Of a DNA stretch of 64,000 nt, positions 1 to 40,900 are shown piece by piece (position 1 is the stretch's first letter; the number at the start of each line of letters is the position of its first letter). The notes under the pieces are model-generated. The model was not told the DNA's origin. It saw nothing but the letters and a program-made list of their open reading frames with translations, and made no database searches. This DNA comes from Eledone cirrhosa (Eukaryota): contig OZ024766.1 of assembly GCA_964016885.1 (NCBI GenBank), positions 17,112,001 through 17,176,000 of the forward strand. Reading direction: 5' to 3'. The translations under genes were made by a program, and so were the position numbers.

Positions 1-402
1 AAAAGATGGTTAAAGGAGTTCCATGTATTTTATTATGCGCATTTCAAAAACAAACGTCATCATGCAATAATATTTGTGTTTTCATCAGATAAAACAGGAG
101 AACATGATATGAAGGTTAAAAAACACTTGTGGATAGTGCAAATATGTTGATTTAAAACTGCACTATCCACAAGTGTTTTTTAGCCTTCATATCATGTTCT
201 CCTGTTTTATCTGATGAAAACACATATATTATTGCATGATGATGTTTGTTTTTGAAATGCGCATAATAAAATACATGGAACTCCTTTAACCATCTTTTGA
301 TCTTATATATTATATATACTCCAGTCCCACAAACTGTAGAGTGCTTCTTATCCGATATCTGCATTGCTTTATTGTACTACAATAAAACTCACCTCCTACA
401 TT

Positions 403-410
<8 letters not shown>
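1..410. mobile_element. Fold-back Penelope-like terminal-repeat element (arms 1-140 / 159-298); inverted copy at 27443-27851
   Basis: 140-bp inverted repeat with a few mismatches, carrying hammerheads and ending in a (TA)n tract. Confidence 0.6.
205..271 (+). ncRNA. Type I hammerhead ribozyme motif (mirror copy on - strand at 28-94)
   Basis: ttttat-CTGATGA-long stem II-GAA-ATGCGCAT (palindromic helix III)-A-ataaaa. Confidence 0.7.
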
Positions 411-442
<32 letters not shown>

Positions 443-549
443 CGAAGGAAAACATGTCTTTATATAAAAATAACAGGTCCATTCATGTTGACATATCTTA
501 TATATATATATATATTCGTCTTCAAATATATTATTATTACTATTAGGTG

Positions 550-1010
550 TCACGGCAAAAAACACACAGTCCACGCTGTAAATGTGGCCGTGTAGGCAAC
601 ACGGTAAAAACCTCCCAGCCCCACACTGTAAATGTGGTTGGTGTTAGGAAGGGCATCCAGCTGTAGAAAACCCGCCAGACAGTCCACGCTGTAATGTGGC
701 CGTGTAGGCAACACGGTAAAAACCTCCCAGCCCCACACTGTAAATGTGGTTGGTGTTAGGAAGGGCATCCAGCTGTAGAAAACCCGCCAGACAGTCCACG
801 CTGTAATGTGGCTGTGTAGGCAACATGGTAAAAACCTCCCAGCCCCACACTGTAAATGTGGTTGGTGTTAGGAAGGGCATCCAACTGTAGAAAACCCGCC
901 AGACAGTCCTATGCGAGCAAGACAACCACTCTTGCCTCAAGTGGGAAAACTCCCGTCCAAACCCATGCAAGCGTGGAACACGGACGTTAAACCTGATGAT
1001 GATGATGATA
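550..1010 (+). mobile_element. RTE-tailed SINE-like 3' part with about three 112-bp internal tandem units; inverted copy at 19250-19730
   Basis: gttaggaagggcatccagctgtagaaa motif, cccgtccaaacccatgcaagcgtgga...(GAT)n tail. Confidence 0.7.
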
Positions 1011-1103
1011 ACGAAGGAAAACATGTCTTTATATAAAAATAACAGGTCCATTCATGTTGACATATATATATATATATATATTCGTCTTCAAATATAGTAT
1101 TAT

Positions 1104-1181
<78 letters not shown>

Positions 1182-1254
1182 ATGTGTAACAGTAATATAC
1201 GTATATATATATATATAGTAATATATATATAGTAATATACATATATATATATAT

Positions 1255-1893
1255 ATGGATGGATGTGTAACAGTAATATACGTGAACGACAAAGCATAAA
1301 TGAATTGAGAGAGAGACTGAGCATAAGAGGAATCAAATGCTGCGTGCAAGAGAGGCGGTTACGCTGGTATGGACATGTGATGCGTATGAAGGATGACAGC
1401 TGCATAAAAAGGTGCAGAGCACTAGAAGTTGATGGAAACCGCGGAGTGGGGAGACCCAAGATGACTTGGGATGAGGTGATAAAAGCCGACCTTACCCAAC
1501 TACACCTCTCAAAGTCAGTGACACACGACCGTGACTTCTGGCGTCACGCAGTAGTACAGGGTACCCGACCTCCCATGGGTACATGCTGAAGCATATAAAC
1601 AATATGCCCCCCCCCCCCCCACCGCAAGGTGGTCGTGGAGGTGCCACGGCAAAAAAGCACCCAGCCCACACTGTAAAGTGGACGTGTAGGCGCCACGAAA
1701 AAGCACCCAGCACTCACTGTAAATGAGGTTGGTGTTAGGAAGGGCATCCAGCTGTAGAAATCAAGCCAGATCAGTTCCTGTATGAGCATGGCATGGTCAG
1801 CCGACCAGACACTGCCCACAACAGGACAACCCGTCTAACCCATGCTAGCGTGGAAGAGCGGACGTAAAACGGTGATGATGATGATGATGATGA
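1255..1893 (+). mobile_element. RTE LINE 3' fragment, near-identical inverted copy of 17985-18625
   Basis: ORF 1263..1589 matches the C-terminus of 18295..19224 except 2 residues; same tail. Confidence 0.9.
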
Positions 1894-2051
1894 TATATAT
1901 AGTAATAATAATATATTTGAAGACTAATATATATATATATATATATATATATAAGATATGTCAACATGAATGGACCTGTTATTTTTATATAAAGACATGT
2001 TTTCCAATACCACCCCGCCCGTCCTCTCAATCTATTTTATTTCTCATTCTT

Positions 2052-2086
2052 TCTTCTGATGAAGGACTAGCATCCGAAACGTTAAG
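2052..2086 (+). ncRNA. Minimal type I hammerhead-like motif in Penelope-like terminal repeat
   Basis: tctt-CTGATGA-a-gga ctagca tcc-GAAACGT-t-aaga; position 17 is U (suboptimal). Confidence 0.55.
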
Positions 2087-2189
2087 ACCCTCTTCCTGCT
2101 ATATCAAGTGTTATATATATATATAATATATCCCTTCCATATACTGTACCGATTGTGTTGTTATTTCTGTTTACCTTTTACATATATAT

Positions 2190-2555
2190 ATATATATATA
2201 TGTACGTATATATACATACATACACACACGCACGTTCTCTCTATAGATATATACTTACATATACACGCACGTGTATATATATATATTATATATAAACACC
2301 ACACGCACGCACATACGTATATACATACATACATGCACATATGTACGTATATATACATACATACACGCACGCACGTTCTCTATATATATATACTTATATA
2401 TACACGCACTTGTATATATATATAAACACCACACGCAGGCACATACGTGCGTATATACATACATACATACATACATACACGCATATATGTACGTATATAT
2501 ACATACATACACACGCACGCACGTTCTCTATATATATACTTATATATACACGCAC

Positions 2556-2591
<36 letters not shown>

Positions 2592-3087
2592 ACCACACGC
2601 ACGCACATACGTACGTACGTATATACATACATACATACACGCACATATGTACGTATATATACATACATACACACACGCACGTTCTCTCTATAGATATATA
2701 CTTATATATACACGCACGTGTATATATATATATATATATTATATATAAACACCACACGCACGTACATACGTGCGTATATACATACATACACGCATATATG
2801 TACGTATATATACATACATACACACGCGCACGTTCGCTCTCTATATATATACTTATATATACACGCACGTGTATATATATAAACACCACACGCACGCACA
2901 TACGTGCCTACCTATATACATACATACACGCACATATGTACGTATATATACATACATACATACACGCACGCACGTTCTCTCTCTATATATACTTATATAT
3001 ATACACGCACGTGTATATATATTATATATAAACACCACACGCACGCACATACGTACGTATATACATACATACACGCACATACGTACG

Positions 3088-3090
<3 letters not shown>
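2190..3090. repeat. Compound TA/CA/CG minisatellite, about 7 units of roughly 130 bp
   Basis: Recurring aaacaccacacgcacgcacatacgt...cacgttctct. Confidence 0.8.
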
Positions 3091-3121
<31 letters not shown>

Positions 3122-3217
3122 CACAGGGTGTCCCAAAATAATGTATACACACTTTGATTACCTGTACAGGTAATATTTATTAGTATGCTGTTGATGTATG
3201 TATACATTTTTTTAACA

Positions 3218-3259
<42 letters not shown>

Positions 3260-3301
3260 AATGTATATATATTATACATACAGCAACACCCTAAAATAGT
3301 T

Positions 3302-3387
<86 letters not shown>

Positions 3388-3444
3388 TGTGTATATATAT
3401 ATATATATATGCGTGTGTGTGTGTGTATATATATATATATATGC

Positions 3445-3476
<32 letters not shown>

Positions 3477-3690
3477 GCGTGTGTGTGTGTGTATATATAT
3501 ATATATATGCGTGTGTGTGTGTATATATATATATATATGCGTGTGTGTATATATATATATATATGCGTGTGTGTATATATATATATGCGTGTGTGTGTGT
3601 GTGTGTGCGTACATATATATATTTATTAACATCATATGCAATATATATATGTTTTTTATAATATAAACGTAACATATATACACAAACACA

Positions 3691-3721
<31 letters not shown>

Positions 3722-3726
<5 letters not shown>

Positions 3727-3942
3727 AAGTATGACCCCGACGGCAGAGCTCAAGCCGTTTCGACGGCTATTTCTGGACTAAAGTAAGAGTTTTCTCTTAC
3801 TTTAGTCCAGAATTAGCCGTCGAAACGGCTTGAGCTCTGCCGTCGGGGTAATACTTTTTCCTATTACCCACTCTACTACCCTAAGTATTGAGTACTTTGG
3901 TGCGTTATGGTCCACCTGGTTCCTTACCACATTTCCTTCGTT
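3722..3942. mobile_element. Fold-back element carrying the 3' half of a hammerhead; family also at 5130-5190, 14630-14772, 56150-56350
   Basis: Palindrome centred near 3790; GAA-ACGGC ttgagctct GCCGT-C; TA-tract flanks. Confidence 0.55.
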
Positions 3943-4545
3943 ATATATATATATATATATATATATTAGAGAGAGGGGCTGTCCCCCCCCCCCCCCCCCA
4001 AAAAAAAAATGTAAACACACTTTGATTAGAATGTTGTTGAAGTGTGTATACACTTTGGGAGGACTTACATACATACATACATATATATATATATACACTC
4101 CAGAAAGCTGTCGAGTGCTCTGAATCAGTTATAAACATTTATATTTGTTGAATTTCCAACAAATTAAATATCCCTTCTGCTTATATATATATATATATGT
4201 GTGTGTGTGTATATATATATATATATGTGTGTGTGTATATACATATATATATATATATGTGTGTGTGTATATACATATATATGTGTGTGTATATATATAT
4301 ATGTGTGTGTGTATATATATATATGTGTGTATATATATATATATGTGTGTATATATATATATGTGTGTGTATATATATATATATGTGTGTGTATTATATA
4401 TATGTGTGTATTATATATATATGTGTGTGTATTATATATATATGTGTGTGTATTATATATATATATGTGTATTATATATATATGTGTGTGTATTATATAT
4501 ATATATATATATGTGTGTGTATTATATATATATATATGCGTGTGC

Positions 4546-4618
<73 letters not shown>

Positions 4619-4833
4619 GTGTGTGTATTATATATATATATATATGCGCACATTATATGTATATATATAAACACCATTAAGTAAATATATATTACACACT
4701 AATACTAATTAATATATATATATATATATATATATTTATATCATATGCAATATATGTTTTTATAATATAAACATAGTATATATACACACACAGCTTATAC
4801 ATACATATACATATATATATATATATACACACA

Positions 4834-4949
4834 CAGGGTGTCCCAAAAAAATGTATACACACTTCAACAGCATTCTAATAATTATTGCCTATACAGGTGT
4901 ATATATACTCAGTGTATATATATTTTGGGGGACACCGTGTATATATTAG

Positions 4950-5004
<55 letters not shown>

Positions 5005-5110
5005 GGGTGTCCCACAAAAATGTATACACACTTCAACAGCATTCTAATAAATATTGCCTATACAGGTGTATATATACTCAGTGTATATATATTTTTGGGG
5101 GGACACCGTG
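4834..5110. mobile_element. Two tandem Tc1/mariner-like MITEs of about 105 bp (relatives at 3123-3222, 3980-4062, 61207-61304)
   Basis: Termini CAGGGTGTCCCA.../...GGGACACCGTG in TA/CA context. Confidence 0.6.
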
Positions 5111-6789
5111 TATATATTAGCTATATATGAAAGAGTCGGGACCCCAACGGCTGAGCTCCTGCTGTTTCAACAGCTAGTTCCGAACTATATATACACGCAC
5201 ATGATATATAAATAAATATATATATACACACACATATATATATATGTATGTATACACACATATAAACACTAAACTACCTTAAAATGTTTAAAGTACATCA
5301 CATAATATATATATATATATAAATTATCGAAGCTTCTTAGTATGTATACATCAATTTATATATATGCATAGATGTATATAAGCTATATATATTTTATACA
5401 CGATGTATGCATGCATATATATCTGTATATATATATATATATATATACATATATATATGTATGTGTGTGTGTGTGTATGTATGTATGTGTGTGTATGCAT
5501 GCATACATAGGCACCCCTTAATTCATAACAGGTACATGGCATAAATATACAAATATATAAGAGAATTGCAGCTGTAGAAGCCCCAAACCTGCTCAAATCG
5601 ATAGCCCGGTGTCCTGGCTACAATCTATACCCGACATCTACCCGAGGTGTGTAGAAATAAAAGGGTATATTTACCATTTTATCCGGGCTACGTGTTTCGG
5701 ATTAGAGTTAAAATACACACGACAGCCATAATTAGAAAGACAGGAGAGCTACACCCAAACCTCGTGATAGCAATTTCACAGTTCTCTCCCTTGTTTTAAT
5801 TACATTTATTTTTTATAATGTTATTTTTTATATAATTATATCTTTTAGTTTTATTCTTGAACTAAATTATTTTTTATTTTAAATATTTCTACATTATTTT
5901 AATTTTAAATTATTATTTTTACTGTAAATACCTTAAATTTTTTAATATTTTTTTTTTAAATACTGTTTTCTGTAAATACCTTAAATGTTAGATAGATTTA
6001 AATAACTTTAATTTTTTCTGTAAATACCTTAAATTTCAAATTAATATTTTATTTTAAATACCTTAAATTTTAGATATATTGAAATATATTTAAGTTACTT
6101 TTTATTTTAAATATCTTTAATTCAATTTACAATTTAAATATCATTTAAATATCATTTTACACTTAATTAGATTTTTCATGAAATATTTTGAGGGTTTTTT
6201 TTACTGAAATTAATTTTTTATTCATGAAATAAATTTTTTTTATCTTAAATATTTCTAAATCAGTTTTAATTTTAAATATTTTAAAATTATTATTTTATTG
6301 TAAATACCTTAAATTTTAAAATATTTTTTAAAAAATACATTTAAATATATTAATTTTAAATAACATTAATTTATTTTTTCTATAAATACCTTAAATTGTA
6401 GATATATTTAAATATATTTACTTTAAACACATTTAAATATATTTATTTTAAACACATTTAAATATATTTATTTTAAACACCTTTAAAATACTTTTTATTT
6501 TAAATATCTTTAATTTAATTTACAATTTAAATATCATTTTACATTTAATTAGATTTTTTATCTAAAATTTTGACTTTTTTTTACTGTAATTAATTTTTTA
6601 TTCATGAAATAAATTATTTTTTATTTAAAATATTTCTACATTATTTTAGATTTTAAATATTTTAAAAATTATTTAACTATAAATACCTTAAATTTTATAT
6701 TTTTTTAAAACATACCTTTAAATATATTTATTTTAAATAACTTTAATTTATTTTTTCTGTAAATACCTTAAATTTTAGATATATCATAA

Positions 6790-8105
6790 TATATTTATTT
6801 TAAACACATTTAGATATATTTATTTTAAACACATTTAAATATATTTATTTTAAACACATTTAAATATATTTATTTTAAACACATTTAGATATATTTATTT
6901 TAATCACATTTAAATATATTTATTTTAAACACATTTAGATATATTTATTTTAAACACATTTAAATATATTTATTTTAAACACATTTAGATATATTTATTT
7001 TAAACACATTTAAATATATTTATTTTAAACACATTTAGATATATTTATTTTAAACACATTTAAATATATTTATTTTAAACACATTTAAATATATTTATTT
7101 TAAACACATTTAAATATATTTATTTTAAACACATTTAGATATATTTATTTTAAACACATTTAAATATATTTATTTTAAACACATTTAGATATATTTATTT
7201 TAAAGACATTTAAATATATTTATTTTAAACACATTTAGATATATTTATTTTAAACACATTTAAATATATTTATTTTAAACACATTTAGATATATTTATTT
7301 TAAACACATTTAAATATATTTATTTTAAACACATTTAAATATATTTATTTTAAACACATTTAAATATATTTATTTTAAACACATTTAGATATATTTATTT
7401 TAAACACATTTAAATATATTTATTTTAAACACATTTAAATATATTTATTTTAAACACATTTAGATATATTTATTTTAAACACATTTAAATATATTTATTT
7501 TAAACACATTTAGATATATTTATTTTAAACACATTTAAATATATTTATTTTAAACACATTTAGATATATTTATTTTAAACACATTTAAATATATTTATTT
7601 TAAACACATTTAGATATATTTATTTTAAACACATTTAAATATATTTATTTTAAACACATTTAGATATATTTATTTTAAACACATTTAAATATATTTATTT
7701 TAAACACATTTAAATATATTTATTTTAAACACATTTAGATATATTTATTTTAAACACATTTAAATATATTTATTTTAAACACATTTAGATATATTTATTT
7801 TAAACACATTTAAATATATTTATTTTAAACACATTTAGATATATTTATTTTAAACACATTTAAATATATTTATTTTAAACACATTTAGATATATTTATTT
7901 TAAACACATTTAAATATATTTATTTTAAACACATTTAGATATATTTATTTTAAACACATTTAAATATATTTATTTTAAACACATTTAGATATATTTATTT
8001 TAAAGACATTTAAATATATTTATTTTAAACACATTTAGATATATTTATTTTAAACACATTTAAATATATTTATTTTAAACACATTTAGATATATTTATTT
8101 TAAAT
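6790..8105. repeat. 25-bp AT-rich satellite with mostly alternating A/G variants (50-bp dimer)
   Basis: tta(g/a)atatatttattttaaacacat, about 52 copies. Confidence 0.95.
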
Positions 8106-8140
8106 AACTTTTAGCATATATTTTCACTAGCTCTGACATT

Positions 8141-8220
8141 TTGGCAGGTGAACAGTGAGCTGTACTGATGAAGGGTGATACCCAGAAACATTAGTGTCTG
8201 CAGTGCTGTTCACATGCCAA
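8141..8220 (+). ncRNA. Type I hammerhead ribozyme motif with extended stem I
   Basis: CTGATGA 8165-8171; stem II gggt/accc; GAA-ACA ttag TGT-C (GUC site at 8196-8198); stem I ttggca.gtgaacag..gctgta / tgcagt.ctgttcac.tgccaa. Confidence 0.8.
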
Positions 8221-8799
8221 CACAAGAGCAAGAACGAAAGGTTCATTTTACTGACATGGCTCTAAAATTGAGGCTTGTTTGCATAATTACAAACAAATCA
8301 AATGTTATTATTAATATTTAAAAAACTCAGATTACATTATATATACATATATACAGAGATAAATCCACCAATTAATGGTAGGGTCCAAGCCTTATGAAGA
8401 ACTCAATGTAATCCGTATGTAGTAGATGTCGGGAAGCAAAGTTTAAAATACAAAATTTCAACGATATAATTCATTGGATACAGAGTCAAAATAATACAAA
8501 TAGTGAAAACAATGAAATTAAACAAAAAACGGTTAATTCATAGTAAAACTCATTATTTTACGATCGTTTCTGGGGGGGAAGCGGACGTAAAGTGAAATGA
8601 TGATGATGAATGATGATATATATATGTAATGTGTGTGTATGTGTATATATACACAGACATGTTTCTGAACTGGTCATGGGACCAACATGACCACCACCAA
8701 AGAGAGACATTCCAAATCATAGTCATGTATAGAAATAACAATAATACTTGTATTTTTAATTTTTTTTTTTAATTTTATTTACACAGGTTTGGTTGGTTC

Positions 8800-9360
8800 G
8801 CACGACACCACAGCAGCACCACTACCACAGCACCACCGCCACCACCACAGCACCACCACCACCACAGCACCACCACCACCACCACCACAGCACCACCACA
8901 GCACCACCACCACCACTAACACCACCACCACCACCACTAACACCACCACCACCACTAACACCAACACTAACACCACCACCACCACCACTAACACCACCAC
9001 CACTCTACCACCACCACTAACACCACCACCACTCTACCACCACCACACCACCACCACCACCACTCCACTAACACTCTACCCCCACCACTAACAGTCTATC
9101 ACCAACACCACCACCAACACTGCCACCAACACCAACACCACCAACACCACCAACACTGCCACCAACACCAACACCACCAACACCACCAACACCACCACCA
9201 ACACCGCCACCAACACCACCAACACCACCAACACCACCAACACCAACACCACCAACACCAATACCACCACCAACACCACCACCAACACCAACACCACCAA
9301 CACCAACACCACCACCACCACTACCAACAACATCAACACTAGCACCACCAACACCGCTCC
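8800..9360. repeat. (CAC/CAA)n triplet region in the presumed 3' UTR of the CNBD2-like gene
   Basis: Direct inspection; begins just past the stop at 9370. Confidence 0.85.
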
Positions 9361-9369
9361 ACCAGGAAT

Positions 9370-36251
<26,882 letters not shown>

Positions 36252-36328
36252 CTCCGAGGTTTTCTTCCAGATTCAGATTCTAAAAGGCTTTTGACCAACA
36301 AATAGAAAAAGAGAAAAGAATTTCATAT

Positions 36329-37451
36329 ATCATCATCATCATCATCATCATCATTTCATTTTACGTCCGCTTTTCCCTGCTTGCAAGGGTGGGACGGGAA
36401 CTGATGCTGGCTTGATCTCTACAGCTGGATGCCCTTCCTAACACCAACCTCATTTACAGTGAGTGCTGGGTGCTTTTATGCTGTGGCACCTCCACGACCA
36501 CTTTACAGTGTGGGCTGGGTGCTTTTTTGCCGTGGCACCTCCACGACCACTTTACAGTGTGGGCTGGGTGCTTCTTTGCTGTGGCACCTCCACGACCACT
36601 TTACAGTGAGTGCTGGGTGCTTTTTTGCCGTGGCACCTCCACGACCACTTTACAGTGTGGGCTGGGTGCATTTTGCCGTGGCACCCTCACGACCACTTTA
36701 CAGTGTGGGCTGGGTGCTTCTTTGCCGTGGCACCTCCATGACCACTTTACAGTGAGTGCTGGGTGCTTTTTTGCTGTGGCACCTCCACGACCACTTTACA
36801 GTGAGTGCTGGGTGCTTTTTTGCCGTGGCACCTCCACGACCACTTTACAGTGAGTGCTGGGTGCTTTTTTGCTGTGGCACCTCCACGACCACTTTACAGT
36901 GTGGGCTGGGTGCTTTTTTGCTGTGGCACCTCCACTTCCACTTTACAGTGAGTGCTGGGTGCTTCTTTGCTGTGGCACCTCCACGACCACTTTACAGTGA
37001 CTGCTGGGTGCTTCTTTGCTGTGGCACCTCCACGACCACTTTACAGTGTGGTCTGGGTGCTTTTTTGCTGTGGCACCTCCACGACCACTTTACAGTGAGT
37101 GCTGGGTGCTTTTTTGCTGTGGCACCTCCACGACCACTTTACAGTGTGGGCTGGGTGCTTTTTTGCTGTGGCACCTCCACGACCACTTTACAGTGTGGGC
37201 TGGGTGCTTTTATGCTGTGGCACCTCCACGACCACTTTACAGTGTGGGCTGGGTGCTTTTTTGCTGTGGCACCTCCACGACCACTTTACAGTGTGGGCTG
37301 GGTGCAAAAAAGCACCCAGCACTCACTGTAAATGAGGTTGGTGTTAGGAAGGGCATCCAGCTGTAGAAATCAAGCAAGAATCAGTTCCCGTCCCACACTT
37401 TCAAGCAGGGAAAAGCGGACGTAAAATGGTGATGATGGTGATGATGATGAT
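36329..37451. mobile_element. Tail-outward inverted SINE 3' halves (switch near 37305)
   Basis: Same architecture as 21752-23011. Confidence 0.8.
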
Positions 37452-37688
37452 ACATATATATATTTCCAAAGTATGATTGAACTTGGATTTGCGGACAAAG
37501 AGCGCAGCTCCCTAATTCATAGTCTACAAATGGCTGCGATAGCTGGCACCTTCAAAATTTGCAAAACTTTCTTGCGATTCTAGGGATGACAATTTCTTTT
37601 CTTTTACAACCTTGCCACCAGGAGGGTGGCCGGTCAAAAAAATATACTCGAAATTAAGAGAAAGAGATAACATATATATATACATACA

Positions 37689-37720
<32 letters not shown>

Positions 37721-37961
37721 CAGCACCACACCACCATAACGCCCCCTCCCCCGCCCTAGCAAAACTGTACATGACCAGCACCCCTTAATGAAATGCATAG
37801 TTATAATTAGATTATTGGCTGGGTTCGTTAATCGTTAATCTTTAACCACCGTCGCTTACCTGGTGTGTCACATGACCTGATTAGCATTGTCACCATGGTG
37901 ATAATGACAGGTGGATTAAATTGAGTGATGGACGGACAAATAGACTGATGGAGAGAGAGAC

Positions 37962-40900
37962 AGTCCTCAGTACACTATGTCAGATAGCCACTAATACTAA
38001 CTACTGTACTGTACATTAGATAATGTAGTCCTAGATATACTATGTCAGATAGCCACTAATACTAACTACTGTACTGTACATTAGATAATGTAGTCCTAGA
38101 TACACTATGTCAGATAGCCACTAATACTAACTACTGTACTGTACATTAGATAATGTAGTCCTAGATACACTATGTCAGATAGCCACTAATACTAACTACT
38201 GTACTGTACATTAGATAATGTAGTCCTAGATACACTATGTCTGATAGCCACTAATACTAACTACTGTACTGTACATTAGATAATGTAGTCCTAGATACAC
38301 TATGTCAGATAGCCACTAATACTAACTACTGTACTGTACATTAGATAATGTAGTCCTAGATACACTATGTCTGATAGCCACTAATACTAACTACTGTACT
38401 GTACATTAGATAATGTAGTCCTAGATATACTATGTCTGATAGCCACTAATACTAACTACTGTACTGTACATTAGATAATGTAGTCCTAGATACGCTATGT
38501 CTGATAGCCACTAATACTAACTACTGTACTGTACATTAGATAATGTAGTCCTAGATATACTATGTCAGATAGCCACTAATACTAACTACTGTACTGTACA
38601 TTAGATAATGTAGTCCTAGATACACTATGTCTGATAGCCACTAATACTAACTACTGTACTGTACTGTACATTATATAATGTAGTCCTAGATACACTATGT
38701 CAGATAGCCACTAATACTAACTACTGTACTGTACATTAGATAATGTAGTCCTAGATACACTATGTCTGATAGCCACTAATACTAACTACGGTACTGTACA
38801 TTAGATAATGTAGTCCTAGATACACTATGTCAGATAGCCACTAATACTAACTACTGAACTGTACATTAGATAATGTAGTCCTAGGTACACTATGTCTGAT
38901 AGCCACTAATACTAACTACTGTACTGTACATTAGATAATGTAGTCCTAGATACACTATGTCAGATAGCCACTAATACTAACTACTGAACTGTACATTAGA
39001 TAATGTAGTCCTAGATACACTATGTCTGATAGCCACTAATACTAACTACTGTACTGTACATTAGATAGTGTAGTCCTAGCTACACTATGTCTGATAGCCA
39101 CTAATACTAACTACTGTACTGTACATTAGATAATGTAGTCCTAGATACACTATGTCAGATAGCCACTAATACTAACTACTGAACTGTACATTAGATAATG
39201 TAGTCCTAGATACACTATGTCTGATAGCCACTAATACTAACTACTGTACTGTACATTAGATAATGTAGTCCTAGATACACTATGTCTGATAGCCACTAAT
39301 ACTAACTACTGTACTGTACATTAGATAATGTAGTCCTAGATACACTATGTCTGATAGCCACTAATACTAACTACTGTACTGTACATTAGATAATGTAGTC
39401 CTAGATACACTATGTCTGATAGCCACTAATACTAACTACTGTACTGTACATTAGATAATGTAGTCCTAGATACACTATGTCTGATAGCCACTAATACTAA
39501 CTACTGTACTGTACATTAGATCATGTAGTCCTAGATATACTATGTCACATAGCCACTAATACTAACTACTGTACTGTACATTAGATAATGTAGTCCTAGA
39601 TATACTATGTCTGATAGCCACTAATACTAACTACTGTACTGTACATTAGATAATGTAGTCCTAGATATACTATGTCTGATAGCTACTAATACTAACTACT
39701 GTACTGTACATTAGATAATGTAGTCCTAGATACACTATGTCTGATAGCCACTAATACTAACTACTGTACTGTACATTAGATCATGTAGTCCTAGATACAC
39801 TATGTCTGATAGCCACTAATACTAACTACTGTACTGTACATTAGATAATGTAGTCCTAGATACACTATGTCTGATAGCCACTAATACTAACTACTGTACT
39901 GTACATTAGATAGTGTAGTCCTAGATATACTATGTCTGATAGCCACTAATACTAACTACTGTACTGTACATTAGATAATGTAGTCCTAGATACACTATGT
40001 CTGATAGCCACTAATACTAACTACTGTACTGTACATTAGATAGTGTAGTCCTAGATATACTATGTCTGATAGCCACTAATACTAACTACTGTACTGTACA
40101 TTAGATAGTGTAGTCCTAGCTACACTATGTCTGATAGCCACTAATACTAACTACTGTACTGTACATTAGATAATGTAGTCCTAGATATACTATGTCTGAT
40201 AGCCACTAATACTAACTACTGTACTGTACATTAGATAATGTAGTCCTAGATATACTATGTCTGATAGCCACTAATACTAACTACTGTACTGTACATTAGA
40301 TAATGTAGTCCTAGATATACTATGTCTGATAGCCACTAATACTAACTACTGTACTGTACATTAGATAATGTAGTCCTAGATACACTATGTCTGATAGCCA
40401 CTAATACTAACTACTGTACTGTACATTAGATAATGTAGTCCTAGATATACTATGTCTGATAGCCACTAATACTAACTACTGTACTGTACATTAGATAATG
40501 TAGTCCTAGGTATACTATGTCTGATAGCCACTAATACTAACTACTGTACTGTACATTAGATAATGTAGTCCTAGATATACTATGTCTGATAGCCACTAAT
40601 ACTAACTACTGTACTGTACATTAGATAATGTAGTCCTAGATACACTACGTCTGATAGCCACTAATACTAACTACTGTACTGTACATTAGATAATGTAGTC
40701 CTAGATACACTATGTCTGATAGCCACTAATACTAACTACTGTACTGTACATTAGATAATGTAGTCCTAGATACACTATGTCTGATAGCCACTAATACTAA
40801 CTACTATACTGTACATTAGATAATGTAGTCCTAGATACACTATGTCTGATAGCCACTAATACTAACTACTGTACTGTACATTAGATCATGTAGTCCTAGA

